DNA of 32,763 bases from the IMG/VR virus record IMGVR_UViG_3300037483_000358, positions 1 to 32,763 of that record, one strand, 5' to 3'. The stretch's first letter is position 1. The number at the start of each line of letters is the position of its first letter. Shown here one piece after another: positions 14,581-22,490 of the stretch. This DNA comes from a virus (Duplodnaviria > Caudoviricetes). A program made the translations under genes and the position numbers. The notes beneath the pieces were generated by a model, which did not search any database, was not told where the DNA came from, and worked only from the letters and a program-made list of their open reading frames with translations.

Positions 14581-17130
14581 GTGACCTACCTTCAAGACAT
14601 CACGCAACAACAGTGGCGTGCGTTGTTAGACAGGGAGCAAGAGCGGGAGAGCCTTGCCCTGGCCGAAGGTGAACGCCGCTTCCGGCAACAGGTGCAGAAG
14701 GCTAGCGAGCAGGGTGAACTATCCCGCTCAGACGTGGCTCGCAAGCTGCTACAGGAGGGAATCGAGCCGCTAGAGCGGGCAATCACTGACTGGCTTGCAC
14801 AACTGAAAGAGGCTCGCAAGGGGCGCGGCGGGGTGAGGCATGTTGCCGTCAAGTGGATTGAGCGCATTGGCGTACCTGTAGCGGCGTACATGACGCTGAA
14901 GGTCGTCCTCGATGGCATCACCAAGCGTCGAGAGTATACGACCATCTGCTGTGAAATCAGCGACCTGATACGCGATGAACTCCGCTATCGCAGGCTCCAA
15001 GAAAAGGCTCCCGGCCTGTTTGACTACAAGCTCAAGCAGTTTAGGACCAGCAGCTACGCGCATATGGCTCGCTCGATGGATCACGCGGTACGCACGGCGA
15101 GAGATGAAGAGGGCAAGCTGCTGGAAACGGCGGACCTGCAAATGACGCCGCAGCAGCGTGCCAACGTTGGAGCCAAGCTGGTAGAATTGCTAACGGCTTC
15201 TACATCCCTGGTTGAGCCGGTGATGCACAAGACCACTAACGCACATGGCAAGCAGAAGACCACGCTCTATCTAGAAGCTGCGCCAGAGACAAGCGAATGG
15301 TTAACCAAGCGTACCGATGTTTTGGCGCTACTTCAAGCACAAAACCTGCCAATGGTCGTGCCACCGTTGCAGTGGGCACCAGGGAAACGCGGTGGCTTTC
15401 GCTATGCGCTCAGAGGGAAGTATCCGCTGGTGCGTGGAGTATTTGACAAGGTGCTACGCATCTCGCTGGAAAACTCGGAGATGCCGTTAGTATATGTGGC
15501 GCTCAACTCGCTACAGAATACTGCGTGGCGTATCAATGCTGCTGTGCTCAAGCTGGTGCGAGACATCGAGCAGCGCGGCGGTGGGCTCGCTGGTATCCCA
15601 CTCACAGAGCCCCTTGATGAGCCTGTGCGCCCTTTCGACATCGACACCAATGAAGAGGCTCGCAAGCAGTGGCGCAAAGCCGCTGGCAACGTGAAAGATC
15701 AGAACCACCTGCGAAAGATGCGGGGCAGGGAGATACAGCGAGTGCTCGACACCGCAGCAGGTGTTGTGCATGAAGAGGCAATCTTCTTCCCGTACTCGTT
15801 GGATTTTCGTGGCCGGATATATCCCATCGCGGACTATCTACACCCGCAGGGCAATGATCTGGCGAAGGCGCTTCTGGTCTTCGCACAGGGTAAGGTGGTC
15901 GATGTTCGCGCCGCTCAATGGCTTGCTGTGCATGGAGCGAACTGCCTAGGCGAGACGCCAGAGGGCAAGGTCTCGAAGATGACGATTGCTGAGCGCATCG
16001 AGTGGGTACACCAGCATACGCAGCAGATCATCACTGTAGCCGACGATCCCTTTGCAGCTACATGGTGGGCACAAGCTGATGATCCGATTCAATTCTTTGC
16101 GTTCTGCGTGGAGTGGAGGAATTTGATTCGAGCGAACGACAGAGACGAAGAATACGTCTCGTGTCTGCCGGTGTCGATGGACGGCTCGTGCAACGGGCTT
16201 CAGCACTTCGCTGCAATGCTGCGGGATGAGGTTGGCGGTGAGGCTGTGAATGTGATTCCACAGACCCGGCCTCAAGACATCTATCAGCGAATTGCTGATA
16301 CGATTCTCGACAAGCTTGAGGGCTTGGCTCCTACCGATCCGCTGGCGGCAAAGCTCCTGGGTTCTGGTCTCGTTACTCGGAAGCTCACCAAGCGTCCGAC
16401 CATGACGTTCGGTTATGGCTCGCGCCGATTTGGGTTCAAGCAGCAGTTAAAGGACTATCTGCGAGGGCTCGACAACTGGCACGAGGTGAAGCACCTGCTG
16501 ACTGTCACGGAAGAAGGGAAGGACAAGTCACAGATCAACGCTGCGTGCTCACTCCTGGCACAACTGATTTGGGAAGCGCTTGGAGAAGTGGTGGTGAAAG
16601 CCGCTGAGGGCATGAAGTGGATGCAGAACTGCGCCAGAGGCATTGTCACCGCTGAGAAACATGTCGAGTGGACGGTGCCGGTAACGGGGTTCCGCGTGCG
16701 CCAAGAGTACATCCAGTGGAAGGTGCAACAGATTCGCACCGTGCTGGCTGGAAGGATCGTGCGACCGAGGGTTCACATCGCTACTGATGCGATAGACCCG
16801 GTGAAGCAAGCGAATGCCATCAGTCCCAACGTGGTTCACTCACTCGACGCTGCTGCGCTCATGCTCACGGTATCACAGGCGGCTGCTGAAGGCGTAGAAG
16901 CGTTTGCGATGGTACACGACAGCTATGGCACTCTGGCTGCTGACTGTGAGGTGTTAGCTCGCTGCTGTCGTCAGTCGTTCGTGCGGCTCTACACCATGCA
17001 AGACGTGGTGTGGTCGCTCTATCAGCAATTCGCCGCACAGTACGAAGACCCTACCAAATGTCCTGAGCCCCCCGCTAAGGGCGAAATGGACGTGAATGGA
17101 GTGCTCGCTTCGGAGTACTTCTTTGCCTAG
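14581..17130 (+). CDS. Single-subunit T7-like DNA-directed RNA polymerase
   Basis: 'LDFRGRIY', motif A 'DGSCNGLQH', motif B 'RKLTKRPTMTFGYG', 'PNVVHSLDA', motif C 'VHDS', C-terminal 'YFFA'. Confidence 0.99.
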   Translation: MTYLQDITQQQWRALLDREQERESLALAEGERRFRQQVQKASEQGELSRSDVARKLLQEGIEPLERAITDWLAQLKEARKGRGGVRHVAVKWIERIGVPVAAYMTLKVVLDGITKRREYTTICCEISDLIRDELRYRRLQEKAPGLFDYKLKQFRTSSYAHMARSMDHAVRTARDEEGKLLETADLQMTPQQRANVGAKLVELLTASTSLVEPVMHKTTNAHGKQKTTLYLEAAPETSEWLTKRTDVLALLQAQNLPMVVPPLQWAPGKRGGFRYALRGKYPLVRGVFDKVLRISLENSEMPLVYVALNSLQNTAWRINAAVLKLVRDIEQRGGGLAGIPLTEPLDEPVRPFDIDTNEEARKQWRKAAGNVKDQNHLRKMRGREIQRVLDTAAGVVHEEAIFFPYSLDFRGRIYPIADYLHPQGNDLAKALLVFAQGKVVDVRAAQWLAVHGANCLGETPEGKVSKMTIAERIEWVHQHTQQIITVADDPFAATWWAQADDPIQFFAFCVEWRNLIRANDRDEEYVSCLPVSMDGSCNGLQHFAAMLRDEVGGEAVNVIPQTRPQDIYQRIADTILDKLEGLAPTDPLAAKLLGSGLVTRKLTKRPTMTFGYGSRRFGFKQQLKDYLRGLDNWHEVKHLLTVTEEGKDKSQINAACSLLAQLIWEALGEVVVKAAEGMKWMQNCARGIVTAEKHVEWTVPVTGFRVRQEYIQWKVQQIRTVLAGRIVRPRVHIATDAIDPVKQANAISPNVVHSLDAAALMLTVSQAAAEGVEAFAMVHDSYGTLAADCEVLARCCRQSFVRLYTMQDVVWSLYQQFAAQYEDPTKCPEPPAKGEMDVNGVLASEYFFA

Positions 17131-17133
17131 GCT

Positions 17134-17150
17134 TATACCGTGGAGGGATA
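17134..17150. promoter_or_regulatory. 17-bp operator containing the RBS
   Basis: TATACCGTGGAGGGATA; GTG at 17153. Confidence 0.65.
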
Positions 17151-17152
17151 GC

Positions 17153-17743
17153 GTGAAGAGGAAAATCCTAATTGCCCTGTTGTGGTTGGGCATCGTGTTT
17201 GCGTACCTGACATGGTTAGTGTCGGGTGTAAGCAGCCAGAGGCATCGCCGGTTGGTGCCTGCTGATGGCACTGCTGTTCATACCAAGATGCCGGTCGCTG
17301 TCGTTCAAGAGCCCCAGGATAGTCTGACGCTCGAACAGCGCGATTCTCTGGTGGTTCGTACAGCTAGACGTTGGCGAGTTAATCCGACTCTAGCCCTGGC
17401 AGTGTCGCACGTTGAAAACTGGCGTGCCAAACCGGAAGCTGTGAGCCCGGCCGGGGCGATTGGTCTCATGCAGATCATGCCTGTTCATCTCAATGCCTTT
17501 CCTGAATGTGCTCCTGCTGCTCCGTTAGCCGGGATTCTCAACGTACAGATCGTGCTGCAACTGGCTGATCTCTACGTTCCTGAGATCAACGTGTGCTACG
17601 GTATTCGCATCCTCGGCAACTATCTGCGACGACATGAAAATCGAGAGCGAGCCTTGGCAGCATACAACGGAGCCGTGACAGACTGGAAGGCTGCGCTCTA
17701 TATCCGTCAAGTCGCAATGGCTCAACAGCGTTTGATTCTCTAA
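17153..17743 (+). CDS. Membrane-anchored lytic transglycosylase (SLT domain)
   Basis: N-terminal TM helix; catalytic Glu in 'HVEN', 'AVSPAGAIGLMQIMP', 'ALAAYNG'. Confidence 0.9.
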   Translation: MKRKILIALLWLGIVFAYLTWLVSGVSSQRHRRLVPADGTAVHTKMPVAVVQEPQDSLTLEQRDSLVVRTARRWRVNPTLALAVSHVENWRAKPEAVSPAGAIGLMQIMPVHLNAFPECAPAAPLAGILNVQIVLQLADLYVPEINVCYGIRILGNYLRRHENRERALAAYNGAVTDWKAALYIRQVAMAQQRLIL

Positions 17744-17782
17744 GAAGGTGTTCACTCTACCTACCCTCCCCACTCTAAAAAG

Positions 17783-17814
17783 CCATTCGCCTTCCGGTTG
17801 AACCCACAGAAACC
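17783..17814 (+). promoter_or_regulatory. Putative phage RNAP promoter (middle genes)
   Basis: CCATTCGCCTTCCGGTTGAACCCACAGAAACC, intergenic, position analogous to T7 phi1.1. Confidence 0.75.
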
Positions 17815-17921
17815 GGAACGGCAGACCCGACACGACACTAGGCTCTGAATGCCTCGTGGCAAGCAGGCTGGTCTGCTGTTTCCCCCACCTTCCCCAGGAG
17901 AGCTACCCCTTATGGAACCTG

Positions 17922-18194
17922 ATGAAGCAGACCCCGCCGACTTCTGGAAAAAGAAGGTCAAAGCCCCCTACCCCTCGCACCTACCCCGTCATTTTCGTTT
18001 CCCGCACTACCTACGAACTGATTCAAGACCTTGAGGCTGCATGGTGCCGCTTCTCAGCCACCAAGGATCGCACAGAGATTGAAGACGCTTATTCGGCGTT
18101 GAACCAGCGGCGCAAGGAATTGTACCAGCATCTCGCCAAGATTGAAGGCGAGCAGAGAATCGTAGACAACACTGTCGTTCTGCGTTTCGACTGA
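17922..18194 (+). CDS. Hypothetical protein
   Basis: Helical ORF filling the gap; start uncertain. Confidence 0.5.
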   Translation: MKQTPPTSGKRRSKPPTPRTYPVIFVSRTTYELIQDLEAAWCRFSATKDRTEIEDAYSALNQRRKELYQHLAKIEGEQRIVDNTVVLRFD

Positions 18195-18225
18195 CCAACC
18201 ACATCCCCCACAAGGAGAGGGCAGC

Positions 18226-18498
18226 ATGTTGCCGTGGACAAGGCAGGGCAGGATCACGTTGCGCGATGGCGGAGAGTTCATTCCCACCAGTGGCCCCGTT
18301 GGCACGCTGTTTCAGACCCAGGACAAGGACATCTACGTCCGCACCTACGCAGGGATTCGGAAGATCGAAGATGGCATCGTAGGCCGCTCGTTGCTGCTGC
18401 GACACGCGTTCGTTCAGCGCTCGCTGCGGGATCGCTTCGATGCCAACATGAAAATCTTCCTGCTGCTGATGGCCGTGGTCGTTGCCGTCCTGATCTAA
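18226..18498 (+). CDS. Hypothetical protein with a C-terminal TM segment
   Basis: AAGGAGAGG RBS; ends 'IFLLLMAVVVAVLI'. Confidence 0.65.
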   Translation: MLPWTRQGRITLRDGGEFIPTSGPVGTLFQTQDKDIYVRTYAGIRKIEDGIVGRSLLLRHAFVQRSLRDRFDANMKIFLLLMAVVVAVLI

Positions 18499-18536
18499 CG
18501 CTGGCTCACAATCACCATCGAAGGAGAGATGCCAAG

Positions 18537-18740
18537 ATGTTTGAATACTCGATCACCTATTCTCGTGACCGGAGTTCGCGTGGTCTGCCCAAGCAGATCA
18601 TTGCTACGGATCGTTATTTGGCCCTGCGTGTTCTGGCTGAGCATGTGGATGATACCCCTCGATTGCTTCCTTCTTCCATCACGATTACTCGGGTTGGTCG
18701 CTTTCGGTCCAACAGGTCTCGCGTCGTCTCGACTCACTAG
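18537..18740 (+). CDS. Hypothetical protein
   Basis: AAGGAG RBS; starts MFEYSITYSR. Confidence 0.5.
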   Translation: MFEYSITYSRDRSSRGLPKQIIATDRYLALRVLAEHVDDTPRLLPSSITITRVGRFRSNRSRVVSTH

Positions 18741-18796
18741 TTCCTTATCTCCACTCGACAACTGAAGCTAGCGCGATAAGCGCCTAGGAGGCCGGT

Positions 18797-18964
18797 ATGC
18801 AGGACGGACCACGCATGGCCCGCCCGTCGTTCGTGTCATGGTTGCCGGGCGGCAGGCAGGACTTCCCTAATGACCCGGTTGCTGACCGTGCTCGGCACGA
18901 GCGGCTGAAGAAGGAGGGCCGGGTCACAACTCGTCGCATTCCACAGAACAAGGAGGCAGTGTGA
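18797..18964 (+). CDS. Hypothetical protein (55 aa, not in the ORF track)
   Basis: AGGAGG RBS, ATG, GTGA coupling to the next gene. Confidence 0.55.
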   Translation: MQDGPRMARPSFVSWLPGGRQDFPNDPVADRARHERLKKEGRVTTRRIPQNKEAV

Positions 18965-19143
18965 TTCGCTACAAGATTTTGCACCTGAATTGCGGCTGTT
19001 ATATAAATGCAACCGCAGGTTTGTTTAGTGACAAGCCGGTGTACTTCAAGTCCCGACAGCGGGCGGAAGCTGCGGCACAGCGTGCTGGTCGTGAGGTGTC
19101 CGACGGTCGCCGGGAGTTTCGCATCATCGCGGTGCGCTCGTGA
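18961..19143 (+). CDS. Hypothetical protein
   Basis: AAGGAGG RBS, GTG start. Confidence 0.6.
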   Translation: MIRYKILHLNCGCYINATAGLFSDKPVYFKSRQRAEAAAQRAGREVSDGRREFRIIAVRS

Positions 19144-19253
19144 GTCGCACCAGCAAACGCCAAGGTACCAAAGGCACCAAGGCTCAGAGATCACGAGGCT
19201 GAGCGTGCTGAGCAGGTGCGCCAGCGAAACGCTCCCACGCAGAGAATGCGCCA

Positions 19254-19391
19254 ATGAACACGCTCATCATCACCAGTCCTACCAACGGCATCTACGAGTA
19301 CACGCCCACGTCTTCGCCTGATGAGAAGGCCGTGCGTGGCACGCTGTACGCGCTGGGGTGCAAGGTGGCTAACAAGGAGGCAACAAAGTGA
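19254..19391 (+). CDS. Hypothetical protein (45 aa, not in the ORF track)
   Basis: MNTLIITSPTNGIYEY...; GTGA coupling to the next gene. Confidence 0.45.
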   Translation: MNTLIITSPTNGIYEYTPTSSPDEKAVRGTLYALGCKVANKEATK

Positions 19392-19672
19392 ATCGTTCTC
19401 AGGGCTTTTACAACCCTCCCATGTACGACAGTCTTTCCGGTTTAGGGAAGACTATTGGCATCTTGGCCATGCGTTGTGTCGGGGGATCGTATCACGGTTG
19501 CACGATTCAGGCTAATCCCTCGATGCCAATTCACTACGAAAGATATCATCTGGCCGTATTGGAGCGACAGACTCCTACGCTACTAATTCGTGAGCGTGTG
19601 TGGTTGCTGTCTTCCCTGAGTCCTGACAGCAGGGAGACTCAAGATCGTTGGATGGATCTTCGGCTGCCATGA
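19388..19672 (+). CDS. Hypothetical protein
   Basis: AAGGAGG RBS, coupled at both ends. Confidence 0.6.
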   Translation: MNRSQGFYNPPMYDSLSGLGKTIGILAMRCVGGSYHGCTIQANPSMPIHYERYHLAVLERQTPTLLIRERVWLLSSLSPDSRETQDRWMDLRLP

Positions 19673-20103
19673 TGAAACGAGAGCCTGAGTATTTCGGCCA
19701 ACAACGTTTCACCGACAAATACGCCAGAGAGAAAGCGGAGATGTTTGGTTGTGTCATCGAGTATGCCGACGCCTGCACACTTCAGTTGGACATCGACAGC
19801 GACGATCTAAGCCAGATGTGGGAGCAGCTTGATCTCCTAGAAGAGCTTGGCATCGTACCGCTGGCTTTAACTGAGTCTGGTGGGCTTGATCCACTAGTGC
19901 GTACCAGCAAGTCGAACAATCAACACGTCACCGTGCGTCTCGCTGAACCACTTCCTATCGAGCGGCGCATTCTGCTACAAGCGCTTCTCGGTAGTGACAT
20001 CAAGCGCGAGATGCTGGCATTTGCAGGACATCTCAGGGGGCAGAAGCGCCCTGTTCTTCTCTTCAGACCAAAGGAGAATCGGGATGGCGAAGCAGCAATT
20101 TGA
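19669..20103 (+). CDS. Hypothetical protein with AEP/RepB-primase-like motifs
   Basis: 'LQLDID' and 'RTSKSNNQHV' resemble AEP motifs I and II. Confidence 0.5.
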   Translation: MMKREPEYFGQQRFTDKYAREKAEMFGCVIEYADACTLQLDIDSDDLSQMWEQLDLLEELGIVPLALTESGGLDPLVRTSKSNNQHVTVRLAEPLPIERRILLQALLGSDIKREMLAFAGHLRGQKRPVLLFRPKENRDGEAAI

Positions 20104-20362
20104 CCGCGAGTTCTACACGCGGACGTTCTTGAACATGCACGCAGTTGGTGGCACAGCGCTCATCGAAGGCGTTGTGAAGAGACTCACCGCTACGGTACTC
20201 GATGCTGAACTGAAGATCGCGGACTGTCGGCATGTGGTGACGCTCGATTTTACCGGCTCGGATTTTGCCAATCTCCGATACAAGGCCAATCTGCTGCGTA
20301 TGGTGGTGAACGATTTTACCCGCAGCCTACTTGCGGCTTGTGATGAAATGGAGACGCAGTGA
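20084..20362 (+). CDS. Hypothetical protein
   Basis: AAGGAG RBS; starts MAKQQFDREFY. Confidence 0.7.
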   Translation: MAKQQFDREFYTRTFLNMHAVGGTALIEGVVKRLTATVLDAELKIADCRHVVTLDFTGSDFANLRYKANLLRMVVNDFTRSLLAACDEMETQ

Positions 20363-20523
20363 ACAAACGTCGCCACAAACGTACTCTGGTGTTCGAGGGA
20401 CGCCAGTGTGCTCATGTGGTGCTTGGCATCTGTCGCCGCTGTCGATTAGGTGCCGAGTATAACCCTCGATTCGACGCACGCACCAACTCTGGTCAGCGTG
20501 TGCTCATGCCTACCGCTCGTTAG
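20359..20523 (+). CDS. Hypothetical Cys-containing protein (54 aa, not in the ORF track)
   Basis: GGAG RBS, GTGA coupling, 'CAH...CRRC'. Confidence 0.5.
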   Translation: MNKRRHKRTLVFEGRQCAHVVLGICRRCRLGAEYNPRFDARTNSGQRVLMPTAR

Positions 20524-20564
20524 CAGGGACATCCTCACAAACAAACCTCGAAGGAGAAGTACCA

Positions 20565-21215
20565 GTGGCAAAGAAGAAACTTACCACTCCGAAAGGCGTG
20601 GCTGTTTATCCGCACGTCAATCAGCCTGACACACGCTTCAACAAGGAAGGCATCTACTCAATCAAGCTGCGATTGGAAGGCGAAGAGGCTGACCAGCTTG
20701 TGCGTGAGATTGATGCTGAGATGAAGGCTTCGTATCAGGCGGCTGTCAAGACTGTGGCGGACGCTGCTGCAAAGAATAAGAAGAAGCCTGCTAAAGTGAA
20801 GCAGGCTGATCCTCCGTACCAACGGGATGAAGACACAGGAGCCGTCTCGTTCACGTTCAAGATGAATGCGACGGGTAAGACTAAGACTGGCGAGGTGTTC
20901 ACTCGTCAGCCGGTGATCTTCGACAAGTACGGCAAGCCAGTTCAGGGCATGAAGCTCGGGGGCGGCTCGACCGTCCGGGTCAGTTATGACCTGTTCCCAT
21001 TCTACACGGCGATGGTGGGAGCCGGTGTCTCCCTGCGGCTCGCTGCGGTGCAGGTGTTGAAGCTCGTGGAGTTCGGCGCGGACGCTGGTTACTACGGCTT
21101 CGAGGCTGAGGCTGAAGAGGGCGAAGTTGAGGGTACGCCCGCTGGTGACAAAGACGTTCCGCTCGATGAGTCCCAGGCCGAAGACGACGCACCTCCCGGC
21201 TCGGAAGACTTCTAG
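20565..21215 (+). CDS. Single-stranded DNA-binding protein (gp2.5-like)
   Basis: 'TTPKG...PD', 'GGGS', 'GVSLRLAAVQV', acidic tail ending in Phe. Confidence 0.95.
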   Translation: MAKKKLTTPKGVAVYPHVNQPDTRFNKEGIYSIKLRLEGEEADQLVREIDAEMKASYQAAVKTVADAAAKNKKKPAKVKQADPPYQRDEDTGAVSFTFKMNATGKTKTGEVFTRQPVIFDKYGKPVQGMKLGGGSTVRVSYDLFPFYTAMVGAGVSLRLAAVQVLKLVEFGADAGYYGFEAEAEEGEVEGTPAGDKDVPLDESQAEDDAPPGSEDF

Positions 21216-21217
21216 TA

Positions 21218-21856
21218 GTGCCTAGCAGCATATGCGCGGTGTGTGGGGGGAACATTCCCCACACTCGCCGTTCCGACAGCTTGTACTGCTCCTTTCGTTG
21301 TCGGGGTACCGCCTACAAAAAGCGTTTGCGTAGGCGAGAGCGTGATAGGTATAACGCCTACATGCGCGACTATCGACACCAACATCTTTACGGAACCAGC
21401 TATAACGCACTCAACGTGAAAGACCCCTACGCCTCAGCGCGGGCTGCGGGCTATCGCTCAGGTTTAGAAGTAGCGGTGGCTAATCAGCTAAAACTAGCGT
21501 CTGTTCAATTCGAGTATGAGACGCTGAGAATCCCGTTTGAACAACCACAAAAGAAGCGTCACTACACGGCTGATGTTGTGCTATCAAACGGCATCATTGT
21601 AGAAACCAAGGGACGCTTCGTGACTGCTGATCGGCAAAAGCATCTGCTTGTACAGCAGCAACATCCTGATCTCGACATCCGATTCCTCTTCTCTAACTCC
21701 CGCCAGCGTATCTCGAAGCAATCAAAGACCACCTATGCGGATTGGTGTCAGACCAAGGGATTCCGGTTTGCCGACAAGGCTATTCCGTCAGCGTGGATCA
21801 ACGAGTCACCCAATCTTCGGTCGCTTCGTGCGATGCAGGCGCTTAAGGGGAAATGA
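21218..21856 (+). CDS. Endonuclease I / Holliday junction resolvase (gp3-like) with an N-terminal Zn-finger extension
   Basis: 'YRSGLE', 'YTAD', 'ETKGRF', 'HPDLDIRF', 'KTTYADWC'; extra 'CAVCG...YCSFRC'. Confidence 0.93.
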   Translation: MPSSICAVCGGNIPHTRRSDSLYCSFRCRGTAYKKRLRRRERDRYNAYMRDYRHQHLYGTSYNALNVKDPYASARAAGYRSGLEVAVANQLKLASVQFEYETLRIPFEQPQKKRHYTADVVLSNGIIVETKGRFVTADRQKHLLVQQQHPDLDIRFLFSNSRQRISKQSKTTYADWCQTKGFRFADKAIPSAWINESPNLRSLRAMQALKGK

Positions 21857-22318
21857 ATGGACTACAATAAGATCGTCTCGAACATCTGGCTTCATCGCAT
21901 CTGGTCTTATCTCGACGGCACCTTTGGTTTCCTCACGGTGGAGCAGGATGGACACATTGTGTTTCGCTGCTTCACTGTGGAGCTACCCTGGCTCGATAAT
22001 CGACAGAACATCTCCTGTGTATCCTGTGGAGAGTATCCCATCGTATTCGAGTGGTCGGACAAGTTTGGGCAGCACTTGTGGGAATTGAAGAACGTGCTGA
22101 ATCGTTCAGAAACTAAGCTGCATGTTGCTAATCGCCCGGCTGATTTGCTCGGCTGTCTAGGTTTGGGCGATTCGATAGCTATAGAGCCTCGCGGCGGCTA
22201 TGTGACCAACAGCGCAAATACGCTTAAGGCATTTCACGGTAGCATGAGGGGGCTCCTTGTCTCGACAATCACGATCAGCAACAGCGCCCGTCCGCAAAGG
22301 ACTGGTCCGCACACCTAA
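21857..22318 (+). CDS. DUF5675-like protein (putative peptidoglycan peptidase) in the T7 lysozyme slot
   Basis: 'TFGFL...CFTVELPW..N...ISC...GEY...HVAN...DLLGCLGLG' His/Cys pattern. Confidence 0.7.
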   Translation: MDYNKIVSNIWLHRIWSYLDGTFGFLTVEQDGHIVFRCFTVELPWLDNRQNISCVSCGEYPIVFEWSDKFGQHLWELKNVLNRSETKLHVANRPADLLGCLGLGDSIAIEPRGGYVTNSANTLKAFHGSMRGLLVSTITISNSARPQRTGPHT

Positions 22319-22325
22319 GCTTGGG

Positions 22326-22490
22326 ATGGCACCCACACCGCGTCGCCATGTTTCAAAGGGCGAGCACCGCACTTCCACACAGTTGAAAGCGCTGGACTGT
22401 CAACACTGTCTATCTGAATGTGTGGTGGACGGACGTACAACAGCAGTGACCTGTGGGCATTGTGTGGTAACTCGCGTAGAAACGAAATGA
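22326..22490 (+). CDS. Small Zn-finger protein
   Basis: 'CQHC...CGHC'; ATGA coupling to the primase. Confidence 0.55.
   Translation: MAPTPRRHVSKGEHRTSTQLKALDCQHCLSECVVDGRTTAVTCGHCVVTRVETK

Noticed and set aside
12586-17150. TATACCGTGGAGGGATA as a CRISPR repeat or as the phage RNAP promoter
   Set aside because: Spacing is irregular and gene-sized, with no cas genes. The motif is pseudo-palindromic, occurs in both orientations and was not seen before late genes, whereas CCATTYGCCTTCCG fits the promoter positions.
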